This document shows positions 48,623-62,744 of a stretch of 64,000 bases of DNA, piece after piece. Below the pieces are notes generated by a model. That model ran no database searches. It saw only the letters and a program-made list of their open reading frames with translations, and was not told where the DNA came from. The DNA is taken from positions 9,052,001 through 9,116,000 of the forward strand of contig OY740799.1 of NCBI GenBank assembly GCA_963514005.1. Direction: 5' to 3'. Source of the stretch: Raja brachyura (lineage: Eukaryota). Both the position numbers and the translations under genes were made by a program. Within the stretch, counting starts at the first letter, position 1; each line of letters begins with the position of its first letter.

Positions 48623-49135
48623 ACCTCAGGTACTTAAGTACTGTTAACCGAGAATATAAATTGTGACCCCACCTAAAAATGTTTAATACTTGGGTTCTGA
48701 GTGGAGCATCTACCAAGTATGAACTTTGATGAAGAGATTTCAGTGTGGTCCTACAAATAGTGACATTAGGGTGTTTAGAGTCGAGGAGGGTCAAAACAAA
48801 GGGTATATTATTTAGTGATATGAAGTAATGCAGTAAAGATTGCCATGTAGTTGAGGAAAATACAGGAGAAGCAACATGGTGCTTTCCTGTTTGCCTGGCC
48901 TGATCAACTCCAGTCCTGACAGTGACCACAAGTCACTGTGAGCTGCCAACAGATTAGGGGTCAATGATCAGAGCATCGGAAATAAACATGGTGAAGCATC
49001 TGCAAGTAGTGAAGTTTGAACAATTTCACAAAATGCTGAGAAACAAAATCTGAGACTGTTAGAAACTGAGTGCAAGACCCTCCTTTCTGTTCTGCACTCT
49101 TATGTAACATACTTCTCGCTTTTTATTCAATTAAT

Positions 49136-49341
49136 GATAGAAACATAGAAACATAGAAATTAGGTGCAGGAGTAGGCCATTCGGCCCTTCGAGCCTGCAC
49201 CGCCATTCAATATGATCATGGCTGATCATCCAACTCAGTATCCCGTCTCTCCATACCCTCTGATCCCCTGCCTTCTCTCCATACCCTCTGATCCCCTTAG
49301 CCACAAGGGCCACATCTAACTCCCTCTTAAATCCCTCTTAA
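49136..49341 (-). mobile_element. CR1/HER1 3' end with small internal duplications
   Basis: (atagaaac)n tail; tctccataccctctgatccc x2 and tccctcttaaa x2. Confidence 0.85.
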
Positions 49342-49524
49342 AAATAAATGATGGTGGCCATAAGTCATATATAAACTCCATCTTCAGCCTGTGATGGAGG
49401 AAGTGGATGTGCCACAACCCATGACCTGTTCTGGTGTTCAAGCATTAGTCTCAGTCAGGTAACCCAGGCCAATTACTTGAAGGAAGGATTTGCTAATGAG
49501 ATTCACAAAGGGAATTCCCACCTG

Positions 49525-50525
49525 TGAAGACTATTCCCTACTCCCAATTCCTCCGCCTGCGCCGCATCTGTGCTCAGGATGAGGTTTTCCCATACCAGAT
49601 CATCGGAGATGTCCTCATTCTTTATGAAATGGGGGTTCCCCTCTTCCATTATAGATGAGGCTCTCACTAGAGTCTCATCGATATCGTGCAGCTCCGCTCT
49701 TGCTCCCCCTCCCCCCAGTCGTAACAAGGACAGAGTCCCCTTGTCCTCACCTTCCACCCCATCAGCCGTCGCATACAACATATAATCAATCCTCCGCCAT
49801 TTTTGCCACCTCCAACAGGATCCCACTATTGACCACATCTTCCCATCTCCACCCCTTTCTGCTTCCCGCTGAGACTGTTCCCTCCGCAACTCCCTGGTCA
49901 ACTCGTCCCTTCCCACCCAAACCACCCCATCTCCAGGTACTTGCAACCGCATGCGATGCAACACCTGCCCCTTTACCTCCCCCCTCGACTCCATCCAAGG
50001 ACCCCGACAATCTTTCCAGGTGAGGCAGAGGTTCACTTGCACCTCCTCCAACCTCATCTACTGTATCCGCTGTTCCAGGTGTCAACTTCTGTACATCGGC
50101 GAGACCAAGCGCAGGCTTGACGATCATTTCACTGAACACCTCCGCTCAGCCCGTCTTAACCTACCTGATCTCTCAGTTACTCAGCACTTTAACTCCCCCT
50201 CCCATTCCCAATCTGGCCTTTCTATCCTGGGCCTCCTCCATTGCCAGAGAGTGGCCCAGAACAAATTGGAGAAACAGCACCTCATATTTCGCTTGGGTAA
50301 GCTTACACCACAGCGGTATAAACATTGACTTCTCTAACTTCAAATAGCCCTTGCTTTCCCTCTCTCCCCATCCCTTCCCCCTTCCCAGTTCTCCCACCAG
50401 TCTTACTGTCTCCAATTACATTCTATCTCTGTTCCGCCCACTCCTTTGACATCAGTCTGAAGAAGGGTCTCGACCAGAAATATCACCCTTTCCTTCTGTT
50501 ACTCCAGCATTTTGTGTCCACCTTC
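49525..50525 (+). mobile_element. Penelope-like element 3' part: RT C-terminal region, GIY-YIG endonuclease, pLTR
   Basis: IPYSQFLRLRRIC; CNTC; NLIYCIRCSRCQLLYIGETKRRL..FTEH (GIY-YIG with Cys/His motif); followed by tcagtctgaagaagggtctcgaccagaaa. Confidence 0.92.
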
Positions 50526-50697
50526 ACAAAGGGAAAATGCTTTTACGCACATTTAATTCATTAAATGCACAACTTAGTCTAATTTTTGCCCAGTATATTT
50601 TTCATTGAATTTGCAAGCCAACAGCGTCAAAAAATTAAATAACAAATCTTATTTAAATTTAAAATAAAACGCCGGAAACACTTAACACTGTGATAAC

Positions 50698-50900
50698 ATA
50701 GGTTTCTTCCGGGTGCTCCAGTTTAACCCTAACCCACATCCCAAAGATGGCAGGGGTAATTGGCCTCTGTAAATTTCTAATAATGTGTAGGAAATGGCAG
50801 TGGGTTAACGGAGCTCGTGTGAACGGGTGATCAATGGTCAGCGTGGAATCGGTGGGCCAAAGGGACTGGATCCATGCAGTATCTTTCAATCATTTCAATC
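50698..50900 (+). mobile_element. V-SINE 3' half
   Basis: ggtttcttccgggtgctccagttt..cccacatcccaaaga..gggtgatcaatggtcagcgtgg..gggccaaaggg. Confidence 0.7.
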
Positions 50901-51789
50901 AATAAAAATAAAATGACATTATATATTATTAAGACAAGTAGGCATGCTCTTCTCGTTCCTGGTCATATCTTTCCAAACCAATGTTAATAAATAGATTACC
51001 CAATTATTTATCTCATCTCTGTCAGCTTTGACTGTGTGCAAATTGACAGCTGCATTTTCTGAATAACATGACTATGGATCAAGTGTATTTAACCAGCAAT
51101 TGAGATCAATTAAAATGTTGATAAATCTTTCTGCACATAAATATTTTGTGTAATTTGCTTTGTCTTAAAAGGATCCTCGCCTTACAAAATATTTTTGAAA
51201 GATCTGCCTGGATCAATGAGAACAAAATGATGTAACATATTTCAATACTCTCACTGAGGAATCTGTCCAGTACGTTATGTAATATTAATGGATGTGAATT
51301 GCACTTTTTAAACCTTATTTTAATATTAAATGGTCAAGTTAAGTGCCTTTCTAACCTAAAGCTTGGTATTTTTGCTTCAGTTTAAATCGCAGGAGAATAG
51401 ATCAGATCTCAGGGAATCAAACAGCCCAATAAAACTATTTCCCACTTGTTGATAAATAAACAAAGGACATATAAGTAGGAGTGCGACCTAGTCCTAGGTG
51501 CTTGTTCTGCCATTTAACAGAATTTCGACTGATCTTCAGTCTCAACAGCTTTTCACAATATCCTTCTTTGCCTTAATTTCCTGATATTTCGAATAATACC
51601 TTTGTCTTGAATTTATCAAATGGCTGAAAATTCATATTCCTCTACAAAAAAGAATCTAAAGATTTGCAATTCCAGAAAATTCATCTTAATTTCAAAGGAC
51701 TGACCGCTTACAGTGAGACTAATCCCAACTACTAAAAGGAAACTACAGCTCTCAATATATTATCACAGCTATACTCCTGGACATTTACT

Positions 51790-51950
51790 TAACTGGTCCA
51801 CTGTATATATTGCAGCCTCTTATTTTGATTTAAAGCAGACATTTGATGAGGTCTCACACAAGAAGTTAGTCAAGGTGAGAGGATTTGGAATTGGGGATAA
51901 TATAGTGGCATGGATTGAGAATCGCTTAACAGACCAACAACAAAGATTAT
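51790..51950 (+). mobile_element. Old CR1 RT fragment
   Basis: YFDLKQTFDEVSHKKLVKVRGFGIGDNIVAWIENRL (degenerate YLDFQKAFDKVPH). Confidence 0.6.
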
Positions 51951-54139
51951 AGTGAGGGATTTAGACCTTTAAATATTAACTGGGACTGCCATAATACTTG
52001 GATGGGATGGATGTGATTAGGTGGCGGCATGTGTGACTAGTTTGGTTAGACAAGTTGGAACGAAGGGCCCATTTCCATGCTGTATAGCTCTATTGCTAAC
52101 TGAGATTCTTATTTCCTATTATATTATTTTATTCAATGAAGTTGATGCTGAACAAATGCTCCTTTTCTTAGTCCAATTTTTAACTATCAACTGAGACACC
52201 GGCATTCTTTTAATGTTTCTATATATTTCTTTGCATTGCTGATCCCAGCCCTTTAAAATTGAGTGAAAAGCATATGCTGATGCGTCCATTGTTAAATTTA
52301 CCAACCCAATTGGTGAGAGCAGGTTTATGGATATTAGACTTGTAAAAACTAATTCGAAAGAATGTTGATATAAATGGAGTCGATGAAGAAACCAAAGGAA
52401 GAAAGGTTAAAGTGTGTCAGATAGAATTTGAATTATAGTTTTCAAGCGTAGAAACAGATTGTACAGCATCATGGCAATGCTACAAACTAGTTTTTGGAAG
52501 TTAAAAGATAGGTCAGAATTTTAAAATGTAGATTGGTCCTGTGCAAACTATGCACTATTGAACTGACGATGAAAAAATACACACCTGAACGCAACTTCAA
52601 ACCTGTCATCTCATTTCAGAATATCTCGTTATATGCCACAGCTTCTATTGATAAAAGCATACTTGTTCTCCATATGCTATTATTTGATAATGAAAAACCA
52701 TTAAATGCAGAATAACTATGTCAAATTACCAAAATTCTTCCCAACTAATGTTATTAAATTCAGATTTAATGGGTTACTCATCTCATCTGTAACTTTTACT
52801 TAGCTAACTATGCAGAAAAGTGTTGCTTTTACTTAGATTACAATATAGGGGACTTCAAATGGCTGGATGCTGAAACGTTGAGTCCTATCATACCCACTTC
52901 GCTGAGAATCTGTATGAAATTCATTTCCCCACAACCATCTAGCAACAAATACAGATTTGGAGGATAAAACTGGACACTAATGGTTGTTCATTACATCACA
53001 ATTTGAATGATTATACAAAGTAATTAATATTCACAATAATGGCGAAGTTTAAAAAAAGCCAAAGCAGTTTTTGCCTGGAGGCTGGCGAAAGGCAAAGGGT
53101 GAATCCCTCTTGACATAATTCTTCAGCTTCCATCACTAATCAGACATATGCACAAAACCTGATGGTGAGTGTGAAAATGAAACTCTGTGCAGGCAATGAA
53201 AATATATAATCCACAGATCATTAGCCCATGGAATAAAAATGTCAAAGCTAAAATTTGATGCTGAAACACTATTAAATGGGCTCATTATTTTCTGTTAAAG
53301 TAACTGATTCTTATATGTATATAAAATGAATATTAATAACTCAAGTAGTATGTATTAGGCATTATCGATTAAAAAAATGCATTTTTTACATGTGTCCCCT
53401 GAAGGTCTATCCTTTTCTTGAATGAGGCTCACTTATCCTATTTTTTCTGCTTTCTGTTAAAACATATTGAACTGAACCAACATATGCACGAATGTGAGCT
53501 TTGCACTACATTTTGCGGATATCATTTTTTCCAATTTTAATGTATGCATCACATAAATATCTAATTTGGGGGCATTACAATTTAAATTTTCAGGTCATGG
53601 AGCCTAATTCCATCGGTTTTAGTGCAGTTCTTATATTGCCCACTGTCCAAAGCAGCAATGAACAAATTAGTCTGCCTCTGCATCATATGCTGTGAAGAAA
53701 CAGGCAGTGTGCACAAGTGTGTAAAATCATTAAGCTAAGATATTTTCAAACAACAGGAAGGGAATATTTTAGCAAGTACCAATTCCTCTGTTAGGTTTTA
53801 ATTATAACAAAACCACCGAATAAGGATTAATCATATGATGGATGGCAGAATTAAGTCAATGGCAAAATCCAAACCCTTGTAAATACTATTTGCTTAGAAT
53901 TGTGCATTTTACATAAATGGAGCCAAACTCTTATTTCCTCAGAATATGGAGAAAGCCGGGTTGGATATCCAATTCGGCACTTATCACAACACGGTTGCAA
54001 ATGTTTGAGGGTCTCCAATGAGATACATAGTAGCTCAGGACCACTCTCTAGTTGATAGGATGGTTCAGTTGCCCGATAACAACTGAGAAGAAACTGTTCC
54101 TGAATTTCGAAGATCAGAATCTGCATTTTCACACTTTAC

Positions 54140-54465
54140 AAGTTATAGGAGTAGTATCAGGCCATTCGGCCCATCGACTCTACTTCACAATTCAATCATG
54201 GCTGATCTCTGCCTTCTAAATACATTTTCTGCCCTTCTCCCTATAACCCTTGACACCCAATCTAATCAAGAATTTGTCTATCTATGCCTTAAAAATATCC
54301 ACTGAAATGGCTTCCACAGCCCTCTGTGGCAATGTGTTCCACATATTAACTACCCTCAGACTAAAGAAGTTCCTCCTCATCTCCTTTCTAAAAGAGCGCA
54401 ATCTTTATTTCTGAGGCTATGACCTCCGGTCAAAGACTCTCCCACCAGTGGAAACATCCTCCCAC
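54140..54465 (-). mobile_element. CR1 3' fragment
   Basis: ggccattcggccc..ttccacagccctctgtggcaat..ctcccaccagtggaaacatc. Confidence 0.75.
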
Positions 54466-54514
54466 TTTTGTACCTCATCTGATTAAAGGGAGTGACTGGG
54501 GTGAGATTTGTTCT

Positions 54515-54682
54515 TGATTATACTGGTGGCCTTCCGAAGTAGCATAAAGTGTAGATGAAGTCAATGGAATGGAGATTGGTTTGAGTGATGGTCTGGGCTC
54601 CATCGAACATTCTCTGCAATTTCTTGCGGTCTTGGATGGAGCTGTTCCCAAACCATCCTGTGATGTACCCCGGTAGAAGTAG
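54515..54682 (-). mobile_element. Rex1/Babar fragment
   Basis: LPGYITGWFGNSSIQDRKKLQR. Confidence 0.7.
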
Positions 54683-55309
54683 GTGAGCGTTGTGGCGGGT
54701 CATTTTTCCTTGGAAGCTTCCTGTTAATCATTTTCAGTGGTTGAATAGTTGATAGGTTGCCATTAAAATTAATTGGAAACTCTTTAGTTCTGTTCTGCAT
54801 TGAACACATTGCTGTCTTTGCTGTATTCTAACCTGGGAGTTAAAAATAAACAGTGTTCAAGCTCAACTATGAAGAATAGATCAGCATGTTATGAGCCCAT
54901 TAGCTACTGGCATCAATTGACTAAACAAATGCCAATGGAAGAGGAAGGATAAAAAGATCGAAAAGAGAAAATGCAGAAGTATAAATAAACTGATAACACA
55001 AATGTTAGAATTAAGAATTGTTCATTGGGAGAAATCCCATTGTGCTAGTTTACATTTATAGCTACATTTATATGTACGCATATAATTAGCTCTACATGTA
55101 ATCCCAATTAATTTAACTCAAACAATTCTGTATTACATCACAGTCTCTTAAATAAGGTATATGGTAGAAAGTTTTAAAGCTGAGAAATGTAAAGAACCAG
55201 TACTAAATCTGGAATAATTCCTTCAAATGGTATCAGTTAAAGGCTGAGTATCCTTCTGTGTGAGTTAGCTCCTCCAAAACATTTTTAGCATCTCTGTGTT
55301 ACAAATCAG

Positions 55310-55600
55310 AAGTGTTATGAAATACTCTCCATATGCCAAGATGATTGAAAATCCAACAAGACTGAACAAACTCAACACCACCCTGAATACTCAATCCTGC
55401 TCATTTGATATCCATCCATCGCCTTAGACAGGTATTTTATCACCAGTGTACAATGGCTGTATTGCACTCAGTTCCTCGCCTAGGCTGCACCAATCCACCA
55501 AATTGCACACTTTGCAACATACGAAAGTGACCTCCAACTACCCTCGGTGCAGAAACTTATGCTGGGTAAGAAATGCCAGGCTTCCCAGATAGCCACACGA
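55310..55600 (+). mobile_element. Highly degraded L2/CR1-group LINE 3' fragment
   Basis: gtgttatgaaatactctcca..ccaacaagactgaacaaactcaacacca resembles an RT C-terminal MEYSP..TTLKKLDTIQ motif. Confidence 0.4.
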
Positions 55601-56989
55601 TGTAATTTGAAAAAATAAAAATTATAGTTCAAAGCTTTAAAGGTGCCAGGGTCAAATGGCTACAAATGGCTTGCGGTTGTGGCTCAGTAAGTGGTGACGG
55701 GTTTCTTTAGTTTGTTCATTTTCAGGATCGTGCACCATCACTGATGCCAGCATCTTTTGTCCACCCATTTGCAATGTTCGGAAAGTAGTGGTAAGGTATC
55801 TTCATAATGTTGCAGTTCCTCCAGCAAGGTATTCTCACAGACCTGTTGGGTTGGGAGTTCCAGGATTTAGACTCAAACTTGTTTAATAGCTGTAATTGCT
55901 GATATTCTTCAAGGGAGTTGTTTAGGAAAGACCTAAACCAAGTCATACAAATAATTTATTCCAGTATTCTATAACGAAAAGAGCTTGTGCAAGACAGCAT
56001 CGCATTCAAAATAAGAAAGTTGCCTTTGAAGGAAGTCAACAAAAACACAAACGTGGTCGACCAGAATCTTCTGTTGCTTCTGCAAAAGGTTTGTTGGCGG
56101 CAATTGATAAAATTGTACTCCATCAAATTATCTATGGAATCATCCCACAAACTGCTAATATTTAAAAAGCGAAGTGATTATCTAAATGTTATATGTTTTA
56201 AATTGTGTTTCTGTAACATGCATTTTTTACTGCTGAACCTGATTAGGAATTCTATTACTGCTGACCAATTTAACATTTTCAGATACAACACTGCTGAACC
56301 TATGGCTATTTGGGTCAATTCAGTGTGAAATAATCATCACAAACCAATTTGAGAACCAAGTTCAAGTACTTTCCCAAGTGATTGCCTTCCTCTGTTTAAA
56401 TGCAGAGAACCACTCATCTGCAAAGTAGGTTCTGCTGCAAATTTTCTTCAGCTACATGTTCCATTTTAGATGTGTGTGTTGCTCTGTCGGGTCAGAGAAA
56501 AATTCACGAGCAAAACTCAGTGCAGTCACAGTTACACAACAATGACCAGACACAGAGCTCATCTCCAAGTTTATGAGGCATAGCACCATCTGCTGCTGTT
56601 TCCAGCTGCCTCCTCACTACAAAGATGAATACTGCCTATTACATGGAATCATTTACTGACACATTTGCAGAGCACCAAATCCCTGGAAAATTTAATCCCT
56701 CTCGTTTGTGGCTTGCATCGGTTAATTGGGTTCATCACATGCAACAAAGCCTCCTCCATTCCATGTCACCTTGATTCTGGTGATACGTGAATCCATGGAT
56801 TCACTTTTCTCTTAAACACAGCTTCCATAAAGCTTCTTTGTTGCCTTGATTTAGTGAATTACACAATTGTCATGGGATTAAAAGACATTGTTTGCAACAA
56901 TTGCAACTAATCAACAGCAATGATGAATCTTCACAAATATCAACTCTATATTAACACCAATTTGACTAGACATCAGAGAATCCACGAAA

Positions 56990-57468
56990 GACATGGAGTA
57001 ATACAGTGTGGAAACAGGCCCTTCGGCCCAACTTGCTCACACTGGCCAACATGTCCCAGCTATACTAGTACCGCCTGCCAGCATTTGGTACATATCCCTC
57101 CAAACCTGTCCTATCCATGTACCTGTCTAACTGTTTCTTAAAAGTTGGGATAGTTCCTGCCTCAACTACCTCCTCTGGCCACTTGTTCCATACACATACC
57201 AACTACCCTTTTGTGTGAAAAAGTTACTCAGATTCCTATTAAATCTTTTCACCTTCACCTTAAACCTATGTCCTCGAGTCCTCGATTCACCTACTGTGGG
57301 CAAAGGACTCTGTGCATCTACCCAATCTATTCCTCTCATGAACTTATACACCTCTATAAGATCCCCCCTCATCCTCCTGCGCTCCAAGGAATAGAATCCA
57401 AGCCTACTCAACCTCTGCCCATAGCTCAGACCCTCTAGTCCTGGCAACATCCTCATAAATGTTCTCTG
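56990..57468 (-). mobile_element. CR1 3' fragment
   Basis: RMLPGLEGLSYGQRLSRLGFYSLERRRMRGDLIEVYK; tail gggcctgtttccacactgta. Confidence 0.88.
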
Positions 57469-57561
57469 TCATGTGAGAAAGTTGATTTCTTCAACCTTCG
57501 GATTCCAAAAACATTTAAGTTGATTTCAGTTAAGTTTATTTAGAATAAAATTTATAACCAA

Positions 57562-58020
57562 CTAGACCAAGGGGGACCCGTTGGGTCTTGTCCCCCCAAC
57601 GCGCGGGGGCGGGGGGGGGGGGGGTTGGAGGCGGCCTTCGGTGTCACACAGACACACTAACCACCCCCCACACACACTAACAACCCCCCTTGTTATTATA
57701 TTACTGTTATCCATTCGCTCCTTTTACCCCATCCCCCGCCCTATCCACTCACGCAAAACAGCCAACTGCGCAGTTGCAGCTAGAGGTGGGGGGAGGTGGA
57801 GGGGGGGGGGGGGAGTAGAGAGGGAGGAGGAGGGGGGATAGAGATTGAGGGGTGGGTGTGGGCGCGGCATCACAGGGGAGGGCTGGTTCCCGAACGCAAT
57901 ACTCCACCACTCACCCATAGGTCACAATATTCATCACTCCCTAGAGAAGGAGAGGGGGCATAGAGGGAGGGGGGGCAGAGAGGGAGGGAGGGGCAGAGAG
58001 GTGGGGGGGCAGAGAGGTAA
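57562..58020 (-). mobile_element. Helitron-like 3' terminal region
   Basis: Minus strand ends GACCC-AAC-GGGTC hairpin, CCCCTTGGT, CTAG|T: the canonical hairpin plus CTRR end before a T. Confidence 0.6.
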
Positions 58021-58450
58021 TTGTGAGTGGGATATTTGTTATACTGATTGTATTGGGAAGGGTGATTATAGGGTGATGGGTTGTATATATGACTGAGATA
58101 CTGTATAGTATATGAGGGTTTTTTTCTTTTCTTTTTTTCTCTCTTTTTTTGTATGGCTTTGTAAATATTTGATTAGTGTATAAATGTAAATAATTTGGTG
58201 TACATATAGCTGCTGGTGTACATATAGTTGCTAAATTTGTATGATAATTATAAGCAGTTGAATAAGGGGTGGGAATTAATAAGCTTTGGCTTCTTCCTGC
58301 TCCTTTTCGGACACATACGATTTCATTTATTAATAGGTATTGTTTATGCCACTTTATAAATATTCTTGTTTTGTTTTTTGTATGCTGTTTCACACTTGCT
58401 TTTTATTCTTTTATTCTGTTTGAAATAAAGAATTAAATAAATAAATAAAA
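58020..58450 (+). mobile_element. Non-LTR retrotransposon 3' UTR with (TAAA)n tail, family uncertain
   Basis: T-rich UTR, ggggtgggaattaataagc..cttcttcctgctccttttcggac, then AATAAA and a (taaa)n tail. Confidence 0.45.
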
Positions 58451-59748
58451 GCAACTGCTTCACAACGGCTATCAGACTACTGAACTAATCACCTCTTTCA
58501 CAACCCTTCCCAGTAATGCTGCCACATACTCTTACTCTTAACTCTGCCTCATTCGGATATTCTATACTTCTTGTATACTATTTTTGTTTTGCTTCAGGTT
58601 GCACTACAATTTTGTCACCATTCTGCTGTTTTGCTAGTATTCATTGTTGTATATTTGGTATTTCATGTAAAACAAGGAATTTCATAAGACCTCTAGTCTT
58701 ATCCTTTATCAGATTATAATCAAGATACATTTATTTAGGCTCTTAAATAGGCAAGGCATCGTTAGATAATGACAATGTCAGCAATTGGGATGTGTAAGAA
58801 GGAACTGAAGAGGTTTACACTGAAGACAGGCACAAATGCTAGAGTAACTCAGTGGAACTGGCAGCACCTCTGGAAAGAAGGAATAAGTGATGTTTTGGGT
58901 CGTTCCTTCTATCCAGAAATTACTGAGTTACTCCCGCATTTTGTATATATCTTCAGCAAATGGGGTGTTATGTAGATGGACAAAAACGTGAGGACTGATA
59001 GTCTGATAAAGGATAAGGCTAAATATAATCTCTTGTTATTATTGGAAATTCAACTTGGGCATTTTGCATCAGCTCGGAAACCTTCATGTGCCACTGAAAA
59101 GGATGAATCTTGTCAGCTGACTTGTCAGCTGACCAAATGCAATCCACGCTTTCAAAAGAAAATGTTGAGAGAAATTAGTGGAGCGAATACCTGCCTTGGT
59201 ACAATACTGAGGTAGATTTTTATGTCAAAATGATGGCATTTGCCTTATTACCAGGATGTTACAACAATGTCAGGTGAGGGACAAATGTGCAGTTAAATAC
59301 AAAAAGTTTGAAAATTCAGTGAGTTGTGAACCTTTCTTCAGCTTTGTGATGTAATGTTTCACTGACTGGCACAACTCTGACATTAATTGTACTTACAGCA
59401 TGACATTGTATCTACAGCAGAACTTAAAATTAAAATGTGAATTTAAATGAAATTAAATTTAAAAATTAAATTTAACTTTAAATTCTTGTCATTTCGATCC
59501 AAGCTCTCTCTCAAAGGCATTTAAATTATTAATTGCATCAAATCTATCACTGGCATGAAATGTTATAACCTGATATATTTTATTCATTGTATTGCTATGC
59601 TATGACCTGAAAAAGAACAAACTTTACCAACTGGTAAGCATGTTACTTTTAATGCCCGTCACTGCTTTCAATTTGCAATGACTTAGAGAAGGTCCATTGC
59701 TCAACTGTACTTCACATTGTTTGAACGACATTTAACGTTAAATCAAGA

Positions 59749-62062
59749 ATAGAAACATAGAAAATAGGTGCAGGAGTAGGCCATTCGGCCCTTTGAGCCT
59801 GCACCGCCAGTCAATATGATCATGGCTGACCATACAACTCAGTATCCTGTACCTGCCTTCTCTCCATACCGCCTGATCCCTTTAGCCACAAGGGCCACAT
59901 CTAACTCCCTCTTAAATATAGCCAATGAACTGGCCTCAACTACCTTCTGTGGCAGAGAATTCCAGAGACTCACCATTCTCTGTGTGAATTTCTTTTTCCT
60001 CATCTCAGCCCTAAAGGAATTCCTCCTTATCCTTAGACTGTGACCCCTTGTTCTGGACATCCCCAACATCGGGAACAATCTTCCTGCATCTAGCCTGTCC
60101 AACCCCTTAAGAATATTGTAAGTTTCTATAAGAACCGCCCTCAGTCTTCTAAATTCTAGGGAGTACAAGCCGAGTCTATCCAGTCTTTCCTCATATGAAA
60201 GTCCTGACATCCCTGGAATCAGTCTGGTGAACCTTCTCTGTACCCCCTCTATGGCAAGAATGTCTTTCCTCAGATTTGGAGACCAAAACTGTACGCAATA
60301 CTCCAGGTGTGGTCTTACCAAAACCCTGTACAACTGCAGTAGAACATCCTTGCTCCTATACTCAAATCCTTTTGCTATGAATGCTAACATATCATTTCCT
60401 TTCTTCACTGCCTACTGCACCTGCATGCCTACTTTCAATGATTGGTGTACCATGACACCCAGGTCTCATTGCATCTCCCCTTTTCCTAATCTGCCACCAT
60501 TCAGATAATAGTCTACCCTCCTGTTTTTGCCACCAAAGTGGATAACCTCACATTTATCCACATTATACTGCATCTGCCAGGCATTTGCCCACTCACCCAG
60601 CCTATCCAAGTCACCTTGCAGCCTCCTAGCATCCTCCTAGCATCCTCCTCACACCTAACACTAACCCCCAGCTTAGTGTCATCCGCAAACGTGGAGATGT
60701 TGCATTCAATTCCCTCGTCCAAATCATTAATATATATTGTAAATAGCTGGGGTCCCAGCACTGAGCCTTGCGGTACCCCACTAGTCACTGCCTGCCATTC
60801 TGAAAAGGACCCGTTTACTCCTACCCTTTGCTTCCTGTCTGCCAGCCAGTTCTCTATCCACATCAATACTGAACCCCCAATACCGTGTGCTTTAAGTTTG
60901 TATACTAATCTCTTATGTGGGACCTTGTTGAAAGCCTTCTGAAAGTCTAGATATAACACATCCACTGGTTCTCCCTTATCCACTCTACTAATTACACCCT
61001 CGAAAAACTCTATAAGATTCATCAGACATGATTTACCTTTCGTAAATCCATGCTGACTTTGTCCAATGATTTCATCACTTTCCAAATGCGCTGCTATCCC
61101 ATCTTTAATAACTGACTCAGCAGTTTCCCCACTACCGATGTTAGACTAACTGGTCTGTAATTCCCCGTTTTCTCTCTCCCTCCTTTTTTAAAAAGTGGGG
61201 TAACATTAGCTACCCTCCAATCCTCAGGAACTACTCCAGGATCTAAGGAGTTATGAAAAATTATCACTAATGCATCCACTATTTCTGTGGCTACTTCTTG
61301 GAGTACTCTGGGATGCAGACTATCTGGCCCTGGGGATTTATCGGCCTTTAATCCGTTCAATTTACCCAACACCACTTCCCGGCTAACCTGGATTTCACTC
61401 AGTTCCTCCATCTTATTTGACTCCCGGTCCCCTGCTATTTCCGGCATATTATTTATGTCTTCCTTAGTGAAGACAGAACCATAGTTATTCAATTGGTCTG
61501 CCATGTCCTTGTTCCCCATGATCAATTCACCTGTTTCTGATTGCAAGGGACCTACATTTGTTTTAACTAATCTCTTTCTCTTCACATATCTATAAAAACT
61601 TTTGCAGTCAGTTTTTATGTTCCCTGCCAGTTTTCTTTCATAATCTATTTTTTCTTTCCTAATTAAGCCCTTTGTCCTCCTCTGTTGGTCTCTGACTTTC
61701 CCCCAGTCCTCTGGTCTGGCTAATGTGTATGCTCATCTTTTGTTTTAAAACTATCCCTGATCTCCCTTGTTATCCATGGATGCACTAACTTCCCTGATTT
61801 ATTCTTTTGCCAAACTGGGATGAACAATTGTTGTAGTTCATCCATGCAGTCTTTAAATACCTTCCATTGCACATCTACTGTCAACCCTTTAAGAATCACT
61901 TGCCAGTCTATCTTGGCCAATTCACGTCTCATACCTTCAAAATTACCTTTGTTTAAGTTCAGAACCCTTGTTTCTGACTTAATTATGTCACTCTCCATCC
62001 TAATGAAGAACTCAACCATATTATGGTCACTCTTGCCCAAGGGGCCACGAATAACTATGGTC
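59749..62062 (-). mobile_element. CR1/HER1 LINE ORF2, 5' truncated, few disruptions
   Basis: LGKSDHNM; KSPGPD; NYRPVSLTSVVGK; YLDFQKAFNKVPH; GVPQGSVLGP; FADD; RPHLEYCVQFWSP; (atagaaac)n tail. Confidence 0.95.
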
Positions 62063-62247
62063 ATTGTTTAACTTGCACATTTTAGTCCGTATTTTGTACC
62101 TTACAGTTGTTCCAATTTTAACTTTTAACTATTTTATTTAAAGTATTGCTGCTTTGCTACAACTTGCATGTCTTAACATGTTTGATTTCACTTGTACATT
62201 TCCCACAAGCAGCCTTGCAACTAGTCATACTGCAATTACATGGGAAC

Positions 62248-62692
62248 GCATATGCTGAGAGAATGGAGCGGCTGGGCATGTACACTCTGGAGTTTAGAAG
62301 GATGAGAGGATATCTTATTGAAACATATAAGATTATTAAGGGTTTGAACACGCTAGAGGCAGGAAACATGTTCCCGATGTTGGCGGAGTCCAGAACCAGG
62401 GGCCAATAAGGGGTAAGCCATTTAGAACGGAGACGAGGAAACACTTTTTCTCACAGAGAGTTGTGAGTCCGTGGAATTCTCTGCCTCAGAGGACGGGTGG
62501 ATGCCGGTTCTCTGGATACCTTCAAGAGAGATCAAGATAGGGCTATTAAATATAGCGGAGTCAGGGGATATGAGGAGAAGGCAGGAACGGGGTACTGACT
62601 GGGGATGATCAGCCATGATCCCATTGAATGGCGGTGCTGGCTCGAAGGGCCGAATGGCCTACTCCTGCACCTATTGTCTACTGTCTATTGTC
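62248..62692 (+). mobile_element. CR1 3' fragment
   Basis: ERMERLGMYTLEFRRMRGYLIETYKII; tail (tgtctat/tgtctac). Confidence 0.88.
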
Positions 62693-62744
62693 ACACATTT
62701 ATTTGTTCCAATTCTTTGAGCAGAAACAAGGCATTACAGCTTTT

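Noticed and set aside
55722-56328. ORFs of 64-113 aa, one with an exon-like acceptor near 55931
   Set aside because: Translation does not resemble the expected upstream CHCHD3 exon (..EELKRRVAEELALEQA..) and has a poor donor.
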